Source: an uncultured Candidatus Saccharibacteria bacterium (lineage in GTDB: Bacteria > Patescibacteriota > Minisyncoccia > Minisyncoccales > JANBVM01). From it: a stretch of DNA of 64,000 nucleotides. Below the pieces are notes generated by a model. The model ran no database searches. It saw only the letters and a program-made list of their open reading frames with translations, and was not told the origin of the DNA. Shown in pieces: positions 1-8,983 of the stretch. Location of the stretch: contig CAYVDD010000001.1 of assembly GCA_964450805.1 (NCBI GenBank), positions 521,288-585,287 of the forward strand, given 5' to 3'. The position numbers were made by a program, and so were the translations under genes. Position 1 is the stretch's first letter. The number at the start of each line of letters is the position of its first letter.

Positions 1-363
1 GAAAAGAGAAAAAAATTAGAATCAACGCAACCCAGAGGGGCGCCATCTATAAAAGAATTAACAGAACAACTTAGATTGGCGCGGTTTCGTTCCGAACTTA
101 AAGAAGAAGAGGATAAACTTCAAAAGACAAAAGAAATCCTCAAATGGGAAAAACGTTTAAGACAAGCGTCCGATGTTTACGAAATTTTCTTAGTGATAGA
201 AAAGGCCCCAGAAGAGGTCAAAGAAGAAGCTTGGGAAGATTTTTTAAAACAAGGCCCTGACAAGAATGATTTAAACCTGATAATTTCTTTTTGTTCGGAA
301 AAGTACAGAAAAAAAGCTCAAGCTTTTTTGAATGAACTTTTAGAAGAAAAAAACAATATATAA
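1..363 (+). CDS. hypothetical Lys/Glu-rich protein (5' end outside window)
   Basis: The frame of track ORF 76..363 stays open back to base 1 (EKRKKLESTQPRGAPSIKELTEQLRL...), so the TTG at 76 is probably internal. No motif recognised. Confidence 0.45.
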   Translation, partial: EKRKKLESTQPRGAPSIKELTEQLRLARFRSELKEEEDKLQKTKEILKWEKRLRQASDVYEIFLVIEKAPEEVKEEAWEDFLKQGPDKNDLNLIISFCSEKYRKKAQAFLNELLEEKNNI

Positions 364-371
364 CATTTAAT

Positions 372-398
372 GGATACTCTATAGATATCCAATTTTTT
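372..398 (+). terminator. putative intrinsic terminator
   Basis: Imperfect hairpin ggatactctatagatatcc followed by aattttttat, right after the stop at 363. Confidence 0.4.
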
Positions 399-469
399 AT
401 TTTTAATTGAATTGTAATAATTCTTTTTGAAATTAAGAGTTGTAATACGTCTAATATAATATATGGCTC

Positions 470-497
470 TTGACAAAATTTCCAAAAAGTGTATAGT
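470..497 (+). promoter_or_regulatory. putative sigma70-type promoter
   Basis: TTGACA (470-475), about 16-17 nt spacer, then tgTATAGT, located upstream of the 543 ORF, which has an aaaaggag RBS. Confidence 0.4.
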
Positions 498-542
498 ATG
501 GATAGTAAATTGATAATTTAAAAAATTAAAAGGAGAAAAAAA

Positions 543-905
543 ATGGTAACCGAAAAAGAGATTAAAGAGGTTAAAAAATCAATTGAAGATGTAGATAACA
601 AAATACGAGAAATTGAAAGATCTCTGCAAGAAGAAGAAGAAGGAGATAACATTGAATCAATGATAAAGCGCTTAGCTTTCGCCAGATTGAACGTGAAACA
701 CGAAGAAGCCTTATTAAAACTTAATAGGGTGAAAGCCAAAATTAAGGAGGAGCTCGAAACAGAAGCGCTGAAGGCAGAAATACTGAAGTATCATAGAGCA
801 GGCAATGAAGCGGAAAGGGACGCTAAACTAGCGGAATTGGAAGGGATAAATCAGGGATTGGCTACATCTTTAAGGGATAGACTGGGAATTGCAATTATTC
901 CTTAA
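543..905 (+). CDS. hypothetical coiled-coil protein
   Basis: ATG preceded by aaaggag. Charged heptad-like sequence. Terminator follows. No family recognised. Confidence 0.55.
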   Translation: MVTEKEIKEVKKSIEDVDNKIREIERSLQEEEEGDNIESMIKRLAFARLNVKHEEALLKLNRVKAKIKEELETEALKAEILKYHRAGNEAERDAKLAELEGINQGLATSLRDRLGIAIIP

Positions 906-938
906 AAAATTTTAATTTTTTTTATTTTTATGGGTTAT

Positions 939-975
939 AGCACAGATACAAGATTGTCTGTGCTCGATTTGTTTT
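939..975 (+). terminator. intrinsic terminator
   Basis: agcacaga...tctgtgct 8-bp stem (939-964) followed by cgatttgttttt. Confidence 0.5.
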
Positions 976-1103
976 TAGGGAAGGATTTTTATGATTTTTT
1001 GCCATCTTTTTTAATGTTTTTTTTCCTTTTGCTCCTTGGGTATAGTTTTCCTTAACTTAGCTCCTATATCTTCATTTTTTTAATTTTAAATATCCCTAAG
1101 ACA

Positions 1104-3332
1104 TTATTTTCTCTTTAATCTTTGTAATTCTCGCCAAGCGGTTTTTAGTTTTGGTGGGAAAGCCTTCCACACTCTATTAGTTTCTTCCGCCAGAGATACG
1201 CTTTTTTTACCTTCTTCCATCATTTTTAATAACATTTCTTTGTTTTTGCTATATTCTAATATAAGCCTTCTTTCCTTTTCTGGTAATTTTTGCAGAATAT
1301 TTATTCCTTTCCGCGCATTGCTAACTATTTTCTTTATTTCTTTTCGCTTTAAATCTTCTTCTCCAGGAAGGCTAAGTCCTAGATTCTGCGCGGCATTTCC
1401 ATGAAGCCAAAGAACGAGGTCAGGATTTTTCTCAGCAATTTTTTTAGCCGTCCCTCTGCTTGTAATTTCTCCTTGAATACCATCTATAATATCTCTTCCG
1501 AAATTTTTACCAACCTCAGCCATTTGATTACCATTAAATGTATCAACAAGAACTTCTTTTAATATATCATTTGTAAGAGCCTTTCCGGACATTAATTTTA
1601 CGTCCGAAGGTTTCATTTTAGCAAGTACTTCTGATATCATTTCTTTTTGCACTTCTTTGCCCTCCCATTCTGCTCCTTGCTCTATTAATTCTTGAGTCGC
1701 CTCCCATTTTTCTGGGTTTAATATTTTAGCTGTTTTCGCTGGATCATAAGAGTTAAGAGTTTTTATTCCCATTTTGTTAGCTTCTTCTATATACTTTTCA
1801 ACTCCTTCTTTTCCAAAAAAACCATCCTTGTCAGCTTTTTCTAAATTTCTATCTTTCAGCATAGCTCCCATTACTCCTACTGTTCTAGAATCGTCTTTGC
1901 TTTTTAGAGCAGCTTGTAATTCAGCTCTTTGTATTTGTTCTGTTTGTCCTTCCACCTTCTTTTTCGTTTCCTCTGCGCGTGCTGTCTTAGATTCTTTTCT
2001 TGCCATTGCCGCCATTTCAGGCGTAGTGCCAGCCATCCGATATGCCCAACGTGTTGGTACTGCAATAGCCTTTCTTGCTCCTGCATATCTTCTTCCTACC
2101 CAACCTTTTAATCCTTTTACATCCTTCCATTTTTCTTCTACCTTCTCTTGTGTTATTGCTGCTTGCCTAGCCATCATTCCAGCTTGCCTGCCAATTGGTT
2201 TTACTACTCTTGACACCGCCATTTTTCCAACAGCTTTGCCTTGATCAATTATTGATTGGGCCATGGTTGGCATAGATTTGACACTAATAAAGGAAATAAT
2301 GCCTAAATATACAATTAAGAAAAAATAATAGCTAATATAATCTGCTATATATATCCAGCCCAAAAAAGTGGGAGGATTAGCGCCTACATCAGGAACTATC
2401 CAATTTGATGCCCTCATCCCTATAATTAAAAGGAAAAGTAAAGATATACCTAAAAACATCCATTCAATTAAATGTTTTAGCCATTCAGTCCAATATTTTT
2501 TTGTTTGAGGAAGCACATAGGTTAAAAAGGCTAGCGGAGATATGATTGCCAGTATTTGTATTATGAATACACGAGCGCTAAACAAGAAAGTATACAAGAA
2601 GAAGAGAGAACTAAGGAATAAAGCAGATGCAATTTGAGCTATCCAAGTGAAAACATTAGGTAAAATAGTTATAAGCCCAACCACCAATCCAAACTGTTTA
2701 AAGGGCGCTATGAACGGTACTAAGTACGCTATGGCTAATAGAGTAAGCCATGAAAAAATGGTTGTTACAACACCCCATATTCCAATGCCAAGATTGTTGG
2801 CAATATCAAGAATCATGTATTCATTTCCTATTAAAAGTGTTTTGTAGATAATATTTGAAATATCAACTAATCCTCCGACAAAAACCAAACTAAAGTTCAT
2901 TAAAAGTGCAATCATTATTAGTCTTGGCAGTGCTTTTTTCATTGCATCAGTGTCTCTTTCTAAAATAAAAGACAGAGCAATCCATATAAGAATTAAGATT
3001 ATAAACATATTGGCAATACCAGAAATAAAATTCCAGCCGCTTAATACCATTGGATTTGTATTAATGGAAAGCCACTGAGGCGTTGACGTTATTACTGTTT
3101 GAAAAAAGTAGCCTGAAAGATAAAAAGCAATAAGACTAATCACATAAGCAAATAATATTTGGACTATATTTTTTACTACAGGGCCAGCTACCTCCTCTAT
3201 TCCTCCTAAAGCTGTGTCAAAGTAGTCAAAAATTCCAAAATCACCAACTCCTAATATTGCTTGTGTTGGCGTAGGTAATAATAAAACACCAGCCGCTGCA
3301 ATTATTATGAAATACTTGATTTTGTTTTTCAT
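1104..3332 (-). CDS. large polytopic membrane protein with VirB6/TrbL-like topology and a charged C-terminal domain
   Basis: 742 aa. N-terminal signal-like helix, then about 10 or more hydrophobic segments over the first ~390 aa, then a K/E-rich soluble tail. It sits directly upstream of pilin-like genes. The function call is topology-based only. Confidence 0.6.
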   Translation of the reverse strand: MKNKIKYFIIIAAAGVLLLPTPTQAILGVGDFGIFDYFDTALGGIEEVAGPVVKNIVQILFAYVISLIAFYLSGYFFQTVITSTPQWLSINTNPMVLSGWNFISGIANMFIILILIWIALSFILERDTDAMKKALPRLIMIALLMNFSLVFVGGLVDISNIIYKTLLIGNEYMILDIANNLGIGIWGVVTTIFSWLTLLAIAYLVPFIAPFKQFGLVVGLITILPNVFTWIAQIASALFLSSLFFLYTFLFSARVFIIQILAIISPLAFLTYVLPQTKKYWTEWLKHLIEWMFLGISLLFLLIIGMRASNWIVPDVGANPPTFLGWIYIADYISYYFFLIVYLGIISFISVKSMPTMAQSIIDQGKAVGKMAVSRVVKPIGRQAGMMARQAAITQEKVEEKWKDVKGLKGWVGRRYAGARKAIAVPTRWAYRMAGTTPEMAAMARKESKTARAEETKKKVEGQTEQIQRAELQAALKSKDDSRTVGVMGAMLKDRNLEKADKDGFFGKEGVEKYIEEANKMGIKTLNSYDPAKTAKILNPEKWEATQELIEQGAEWEGKEVQKEMISEVLAKMKPSDVKLMSGKALTNDILKEVLVDTFNGNQMAEVGKNFGRDIIDGIQGEITSRGTAKKIAEKNPDLVLWLHGNAAQNLGLSLPGEEDLKRKEIKKIVSNARKGINILQKLPEKERRLILEYSKNKEMLLKMMEEGKKSVSLAEETNRVWKAFPPKLKTAWRELQRLKRK

Positions 3333-3358
3333 ATTTATTAAAAACTAGACAATATTAT

Positions 3359-4204
3359 CTATGGAAGAATAAGAGACACACATTGCACATCTTTTTTAAC
3401 TGTATTAGTAAAATCAGATTCAGTAGCAATAACATATCCTAATCTTTCTCCGCAGCCCCATATACCCGCAAATACATTCCCTTCAGCTAATTCGAGTGTG
3501 CATCCTCCTCCTGTTGGCCCAGATTCACACTCTGTTACGCCTTTCTCACAAGTTATGATTCCAATACAATCATCACCTATATCCATGCCGTAATTACAAT
3601 GTCTTTCACTTGAGGGTTTTGTATAAAAAGCTTTCGCGGATTTAGGTTTAACGCCAATCCCAAAATCGTGACTTTCGTAGCCAGCCTGTAAAATTAAACT
3701 TTCCACTCCTCCTATATCGAGTATATTACCTTTCCAATTAATCTCTTCATAAAATTTAACATATTCGCAAGGCGGCGCGTCAGTAAACTCCCCACCAATT
3801 ACGGGCGGCAAGTTAGATATGCTAAAAGAAACGGGTTGAAAGGTTGTGAGTTCGGGATTGATTGTATTTAGGATAAGCCATGACGATAAAAGCAAAACTA
3901 ACCCCACAATAGCTGAACCTATTTTTTTTCTAGCATTAGTCATTTTCCCCACGTCTCCAGCTGAACCTAAATACTCAAATCCAGCAGAAACTAAAGCAAT
4001 AAATACCGCTAAGCCGCCTAATGCAATTCCCCATTCATAAAGATATTGAATTAGTTGAGGGAGAGTGCTGTTGTTGTTTAAATTAGTACCTCCAGGAGAG
4101 GCTGGCCAGTCAAGTTCTAAGGCAAAACCCGTTGAAATAATCCCAAAGATTCCTAAAAAGATTAATAAAAGCAGAATTTTTTTATTTTTTTTGAAAATTT
4201 CCAT
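3359..4204 (-). CDS. T4SS-pilin-like (TrbC/VirB2-type two-helix) protein with Cys-rich C-terminal domain
   Basis: Signal/TM, then LYEWGIALGGLAVFIALVSAGFEYLGSAGDVGKMTNARKKIGSAIVGLVLLLSSWLILNTI. This matches the helix-GG..S.GD..K...A+-helix pattern of CPR/Gram-positive conjugative-type pilins. The C-terminal 150 aa contain 10 Cys. Confidence 0.6.
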   Translation of the reverse strand: MEIFKKNKKILLLLIFLGIFGIISTGFALELDWPASPGGTNLNNNSTLPQLIQYLYEWGIALGGLAVFIALVSAGFEYLGSAGDVGKMTNARKKIGSAIVGLVLLLSSWLILNTINPELTTFQPVSFSISNLPPVIGGEFTDAPPCEYVKFYEEINWKGNILDIGGVESLILQAGYESHDFGIGVKPKSAKAFYTKPSSERHCNYGMDIGDDCIGIITCEKGVTECESGPTGGGCTLELAEGNVFAGIWGCGERLGYVIATESDFTNTVKKDVQCVSLILP

Positions 4205-4230
4205 ATTTTCTTTTTTAATTATAGCACAAA

Positions 4231-4881
4231 TTATTCAATTAATTGAACAGAGCTAATAATTTTTTCCGCTTCTTGTTCAAGGTCTGGCCAGTCTTTATAA
4301 GAAGCAATAAAAGAAATTAAATAAATTTTTTCATTGATAATTATCTTTTCTTTTGAATAAAACATAACAATATCACCTTGTTTGTATTTTGCTTCAAACA
4401 ATGTTTGGTTGTCTGTACTGGTTGAGTTTATAACTTCCATTTCACCTTTTTTTTCTTCAGTTTCTTTTTTCATCAATTTAATAATCTCTTCCGGATTATT
4501 AATAGAAGTAGTTGTTGATTCTAAATTTAACTCTTGAACAATTAAAGATGCAAAAGAAGATTGCTCTAAATCAAGTTTTTGAGCAGAGAATAAGACAACA
4601 GAGTTTTTAGCGGTTGCTTGTTGTGTAAGCTGTTCTAAACTTTCTTTTGGCAGTTCTATCCAATCTGAAGTGTAAGTCATTTTTAGCTTTCCATCAGCGG
4701 AAATAAATTCTCTTTTTTTTATATTTTCTTGAGGGGTGGAAATATTAAATTCGGGCATTTCAAGTTTAGGAAGATCAAGATCTGAATAAGATTCTTTGAA
4801 ATTTTTAAAATTCCAATAAGCAGCAAAACTAAGAATAAGTATTGAAACAATAGTTAAAACAAATAATCCGCGTTCTTTCAT
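4231..4881 (-). CDS. hypothetical membrane-anchored protein
   Basis: Track ORF 4231..5115 trimmed to the ATG at 4881 (MKERGLFVLTIVSILILSFAAYW...). The longer N-terminus overlaps the 3' end of the 4887..5615 gene. Confidence 0.6.
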   Translation of the reverse strand: MKERGLFVLTIVSILILSFAAYWNFKNFKESYSDLDLPKLEMPEFNISTPQENIKKREFISADGKLKMTYTSDWIELPKESLEQLTQQATAKNSVVLFSAQKLDLEQSSFASLIVQELNLESTTTSINNPEEIIKLMKKETEEKKGEMEVINSTSTDNQTLFEAKYKQGDIVMFYSKEKIIINEKIYLISFIASYKDWPDLEQEAEKIISSVQLIE

Positions 4882-4886
4882 ATTCT

Positions 4887-5615
4887 TTAAAAATTTAATT
4901 CCCACCAGCGGCCAAAAATTGTTGTTTCGTAACCTAAAATTGTGAGAACTGCGTTTACGGCCAGCCAGGCAAGAAGAATGATTAAATATCCAGTTATCGT
5001 TGATTTTAAAATTGATTTTATGCGTACGTTTATATCTGGTGAAGCAACATTGAAATAAATTATTACGCCAGCCGCTAAAATTAATAAGGCTAAAACAAAT
5101 GGTCCTATTCTCCATAAAACAAAATCAAGGACATATTTTACTAAAACAAAAATATCTGTAAATTGGCATGGCTTGCTTTCTATAATATCAGTTTGAGGTT
5201 TATCGTATTTTCTTCCACAAGGAACTAGCCCTTTTAACAGTTTATCAGGAGCTGATTCAATAGTAAAACTTTCAGTACTGCTCCAGGTTCCGCAATCTGT
5301 TCCTTGAGAATTATTGCAGGACGATACAGCCCAGGAATGACTTCCTAAACTCAAATCATAAACCTCTTGAAAAGTGGTATTGATTATCCCTTCCCTAGAC
5401 TCACCAGTCGGCAGATTGATATGATATTTGTAATAATCAGTGCCAGTATTACTCCATTTAAATTCTATTTTTCCAGCCCAAATAGGAGAATCAGAGCTTT
5501 TGGGATAGATTATATTAGGAGCGTTTAAAGAAGCATTGGCAGAAACTAAAGGAATAAAACAAGAAAGAAAAAATAAAAAAGTAAAGATAAATTTCAAAAA
5601 ATTTTTTTCTTTCAT
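4887..5615 (-). CDS. secreted beta-rich domain fused to a T4SS-pilin-like C-terminal two-helix module
   Basis: Signal peptide (FLSCFIPLVSANA) and an Ig/FN3-like region. Then LVPCGRKYD...PCQFTDIFVLVKYVLDFVLWRIGPFVLALLILAAGVIIYF...ITGYLIILLAWLAVNAVL. The LVPCGR motif is shared with ORF 49549..49956. Confidence 0.6.
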   Translation of the reverse strand: MKEKNFLKFIFTFLFFLSCFIPLVSANASLNAPNIIYPKSSDSPIWAGKIEFKWSNTGTDYYKYHINLPTGESREGIINTTFQEVYDLSLGSHSWAVSSCNNSQGTDCGTWSSTESFTIESAPDKLLKGLVPCGRKYDKPQTDIIESKPCQFTDIFVLVKYVLDFVLWRIGPFVLALLILAAGVIIYFNVASPDINVRIKSILKSTITGYLIILLAWLAVNAVLTILGYETTIFGRWWELNF

Positions 5616-6454
5616 CGTTTAATTATATAATTTTCAGCTAATTTTTTCCAATTATTAATACTTAAAGTTTCAGCTCTTTGATTTGGCTGTATTCTATTTT
5701 TTAAAAGCCATTCTTTTATTGTTTCTTTTGATGCGTGTAATTCTTTTGATAAATTGTTGATTAATTGCTTTCTGGGCTGTGAAAAACCAGCTTTTACAAT
5801 TTTAAAAAATTTTTCAGTAAGTTCAGCTGGAATTTCATTTTTTTTAGGAATTATTTTAATAATAGCAGAATCTACTTTTGGCTGGGGCCAGAATGATTTT
5901 TTTGAAACATATGAGATTATTTTTACATCAGCATAAAACTGAACTGAAACAGCTAAAAGACTCATTTTTCCTGGCTTGGCAGATATTCTTTGGCTAACTT
6001 CTTTTTGAACCATTAAAACCATTATTTCTGGAGGCTTTTTAAATTCAAGGAATTTCCTGATTACTGGAGAAGTAATGTAATAAGGTAGATTAGCCACAAT
6101 CTTATAATCATAACCATTTAACAATTTAACCATTAAGCCTTCTTCTATCTTTAATATATCTTCATTAACTAATTTGATATTTTTAATATTTTGTTCTTTT
6201 AATGCTTTTTCCAAGACCTGACACATTTTTCTATCTTTTTCTACTGCAACCACTTTTCCCGTTTTTTCAGCCATCTTTAAAGTTAGATTTCCAATACCTG
6301 GTCCAATTTCTAAGACAGTGTCAGTTTTTGAAAGCTCAGCTGCTCTGAGTATTTTATCAAAAACTTTTTTATTAATTAGAAAATTCTGCCCTAATTTTTT
6401 ATAAGGTCGTATTCCATAGTTTCTCAACAAGTTCTTAACATTTTTTACATTCAT
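5612..6454 (-). CDS. rsmA: 16S rRNA (adenine1518/1519-N6)-dimethyltransferase
   Basis: KKLGQNFLINKKVFDKI, SAM motif VLEIGPGIGNLT, NLPYYITSP. Confidence 0.9.
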   Translation of the reverse strand: MNVKNVKNLLRNYGIRPYKKLGQNFLINKKVFDKILRAAELSKTDTVLEIGPGIGNLTLKMAEKTGKVVAVEKDRKMCQVLEKALKEQNIKNIKLVNEDILKIEEGLMVKLLNGYDYKIVANLPYYITSPVIRKFLEFKKPPEIMVLMVQKEVSQRISAKPGKMSLLAVSVQFYADVKIISYVSKKSFWPQPKVDSAIIKIIPKKNEIPAELTEKFFKIVKAGFSQPRKQLINNLSKELHASKETIKEWLLKNRIQPNQRAETLSINNWKKLAENYIIKR

Positions 6455-6553
6455 AATTTATTCATATTGTAGCATAAAAATCATTGTTTTTATGTTTTCT
6501 AATCAGCTTGACAAGTCTTTTTAATAGTAGAAAATATATAAATAACTAAAAAT

Positions 6554-7630
6554 ATGTCTGATAAGCTGTCAGAAGAGATTTTAAAGTGTTTAAAGTTAGG
6601 TCTTAAAAAATCCTCAAAGCCGCTTGTAGTGGCGGTTGTTTTGATTCTATTAGTTTCTATTACTGCTTCTAAAAAAAGCAAAGATCTTGTTTTTCTGCCA
6701 ACAGACTTGCCAGAAATTGCCAGTGTAAGAGACTCATTTATCAGTGCATCCCAAAAACCTAAGCCAGAACTGCCAGAATTCATAAATATTCAGGAGAATA
6801 GTTTTAGGTCTGTTAGTCCTCCTTATGTAATAACACCTAAAGTATTAGGTGCTTTGGTAGGGGGTCTGAATGTTGATGATGTCCAGAGAACAGAAATTAC
6901 TGAATATATTGTTGAAGACAACGATACTTTATGGGCAGTAGCAAATAAATTTGATGTTTCTTTGGAAACTTTGATGTGGGCTAATGAACTAACCCACACT
7001 GTTTTAATAAGGCCTGGACAGAAATTAATTATTCCTCCTGTAACAGGTGTTATTCATCATGTAAAAGCAGGAGACACAATCACTGAGATTGCATCAACGT
7101 ATAAAACTGAAACAGAAGAAATAGTCTCCTTTAATGGATTATCATCTGAGTCTGATATTCTTATTGGTGATATTTTAATTATTCCTAATGGGAAAATGCC
7201 TGTTACAACTCAATATTCTCGTACCTGGGTGCCTCTTAGTAAAAGCTATTTTATGTGTCCTATCTCTCCTCCCTGCAGAATCACTCAGGGTCTTCATTGG
7301 TACAATGCTATTGATTTCAGTCATGGTAAGTGCGGAGAAGCAATTCGTGCTGCTGCAGGAGGACAGGTTTTAAGAGTAAATTTAACACAATCTACTTCTC
7401 GTTGGGCTTTTTCTGGAGCAGGAAATAATATAACAATTCTTCATCCAAACGGTGTTGTAACAATGTACGGACATATTGCCACTAGTTTGGTCAATCCAGG
7501 AGATACTGTTTATCAGGGCCAGACTATTGCTTTAATGGGTGGTCAACCAGGCACACCAGGAGCTGGCATGTCCACTGGCTGCCATCTTCACTTTAGTGTC
7601 CGAGGCGCCAGCAATCCATTTAGTTTTTAG
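6554..7630 (+). CDS. LysM-domain M23 family metallopeptidase
   Basis: N-terminal TM. Two LysM-like repeats (YIVEDNDTLWAVANKFDVSLETLMWAN; HHVKAGDTITEIASTYKTETEEIVSFN). M23 motifs HWYNAIDF, MYGH, GCHLHFSVRG. Confidence 0.85.
   Translation: MSDKLSEEILKCLKLGLKKSSKPLVVAVVLILLVSITASKKSKDLVFLPTDLPEIASVRDSFISASQKPKPELPEFINIQENSFRSVSPPYVITPKVLGALVGGLNVDDVQRTEITEYIVEDNDTLWAVANKFDVSLETLMWANELTHTVLIRPGQKLIIPPVTGVIHHVKAGDTITEIASTYKTETEEIVSFNGLSSESDILIGDILIIPNGKMPVTTQYSRTWVPLSKSYFMCPISPPCRITQGLHWYNAIDFSHGKCGEAIRAAAGGQVLRVNLTQSTSRWAFSGAGNNITILHPNGVVTMYGHIATSLVNPGDTVYQGQTIALMGGQPGTPGAGMSTGCHLHFSVRGASNPFSF
7593..7623 (+). repeat. copy 1 of duplicated M23 3' end
   Basis: ttagtgtccgaggcgccagcaatccatttag matches 8984-9014 at 27 of 31 positions by hand alignment. 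Confidence 0.75.
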
Positions 7631-7654
7631 GAATAATCATTTTTATATATATTA

Positions 7655-7688
7655 AAACCTCTGCAATACATTTATAGAGGTTTTTTCT
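7655..7688 (+). terminator. intrinsic terminator
   Basis: aacctct...agaggtt stem followed by ttttttc. Confidence 0.55.
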
Positions 7689-7759
7689 AATAAAAAAAAT
7701 CCCAAAAAAAATAATTCTTGGGTAGCATATTCGGGAGTAGAAAAAGAGTTTTTTGAAAT

Positions 7760-8767
7760 TTAAAATGAGAAAAATTTTTTCTTTTTGGTATTTATTTTTT
7801 TTACTTTACCGTTTTCTATTTTTCCTATAATTTCGTTGGCTTCGATTGTTTTGCCAACTTTAATTGTATATCCTGATCCGCACTTGATTTTTTCAGCTAT
7901 AATGATATCACCTGTGTTAATAGAATGACCAACATTAATATTTCCTTTAACAAGTTGAAATGTACCAATGTTTTGTTTTCTATTAATCTTTTGATTTCCT
8001 TCAACGCTTTGGAACTTGGCAACAGTTTGATTTTCAGCAACTTCTTGTTTTCCATCGATTATTTGAGATTCTTCAATGTCTTGACTTCCTAAAATTTTCT
8101 GATTTCCTCTGATCCATTGATTTCCTTTTATCGTTTGAGAGGAAAGGATTTCCTGGGATCCTGAACTTACTATTTGGTCTCCGTAAATCGTTTGTGTTCC
8201 TGTAACTTTTTGAGTTCCAACAATTCTTTGTAATTGATTTATTTCTTGATCTCCTAAGATTTCTTGATAATCATTTATTATTTGATAGTCGTCGATTTTC
8301 TGATTTCCATTGATCCATTGAAAATTTTTAATTTTTTGGTATCCATGGATTTCTTGATTTCCACCGACTAATTGGGGTCCATCGACTATTTGATGCTCAC
8401 CAATTATTTGATCTAATATAACAATCTGACGTTTTCCAATTTTTTGGTGTTTATTAATTTTTTGACTTCCATATACTTTCTGTTTTTTTCCGATTATTTG
8501 ATATCCATGTACTTTCTGATTTCCATTGATTATATCATCTTTGGCAACTATATAGTTTTTTTCGACTATAATGTCGACACCTTTTTCTCCTAATTTTATT
8601 TTTTTTGTTTCCACATTTTTTGCATTTAAAGAGCCAGTGATTATAACTGTAGCTTCGAGGTCGTAAGAATTGTTTATGAAAATCAATTTTCCATCAAAAA
8701 ACATATCTCCCTCTATAAATTTGACTTTGTCAATGTTCACTACTTTCTTTTTCAATTTCATTTTCAC
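7760..8767 (-). CDS. hexapeptide-repeat (beta-helix-type) protein with invariant Gln ladder and bactofilin-like ends
   Basis: 335 aa. Residues 82-274 form 32 tandem hexads x-x-Q-x-[IV]-x. Own RBS (aaagaggtg) and TTGACA-17-TATAAC promoter upstream on the minus strand. Confidence 0.75.
   Translation of the reverse strand: MKMKLKKKVVNIDKVKFIEGDMFFDGKLIFINNSYDLEATVIITGSLNAKNVETKKIKLGEKGVDIIVEKNYIVAKDDIINGNQKVHGYQIIGKKQKVYGSQKINKHQKIGKRQIVILDQIIGEHQIVDGPQLVGGNQEIHGYQKIKNFQWINGNQKIDDYQIINDYQEILGDQEINQLQRIVGTQKVTGTQTIYGDQIVSSGSQEILSSQTIKGNQWIRGNQKILGSQDIEESQIIDGKQEVAENQTVAKFQSVEGNQKINRKQNIGTFQLVKGNINVGHSINTGDIIIAEKIKCGSGYTIKVGKTIEANEIIGKIENGKVKKINTKKKKFFSF
7946..8524 (-). repeat. 32 tandem coding hexapeptide repeats (xxQx[IV]x)
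   Basis: GNQKVH GYQIIG KKQKVY GSQKIN KHQKIG KRQIVI LDQIIG EHQIVD GPQLVG GNQEIH ... TFQLVK. There is a single 1-residue insertion after hexad 20. Confidence 0.85.
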
Positions 8768-8833
8768 CTCTTTAATTTTTATGTACTTGCCTAGTTAATT
8801 TCTAGAGATTAATATAGGCTTGTTTATACTGTT

Positions 8834-8866
8834 GATGTTATAATATTTTATCAAAAAATTGTCAAA
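8834..8866 (-). promoter_or_regulatory. putative promoter of the hexapeptide-repeat gene
   Basis: The minus strand reads TTGACA attttttgataaaatat TATAAC. Confidence 0.45.
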
Positions 8867-8983
8867 TAAAATTAAAGACCCCAATTTTAAAAAGCCCATC
8901 ACTGTGCAGTTTTAGTTTATGAATTTTTAATGAAAACTGGAAGGCGAAATAGAAAAAGAAGAGAAGTCAAAGTTAACATTTTA

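Noticed and set aside
1774-2847. Track ORFs 1774..2244(+), 1904..2086(-), 1929..2111(+) and 2647..2847(+) lying inside the 742-aa membrane-protein gene.
   Set aside because: They are fully nested in, or antisense to, a much longer ORF with coherent membrane topology. They have low-complexity composition and no RBS. The same reasoning applies to the many 60-150-aa antisense ORFs inside pnp, pilC, pilB, rny, accC, fabK, infB and others.
4882-5115. N-terminal 78 codons of track ORF 4231..5115.
   Set aside because: This part overlaps the 3' end of the 4887..5615 gene in another frame and reads as low-quality sequence. The ATG at 4881 gives a typical signal-anchor N-terminus.
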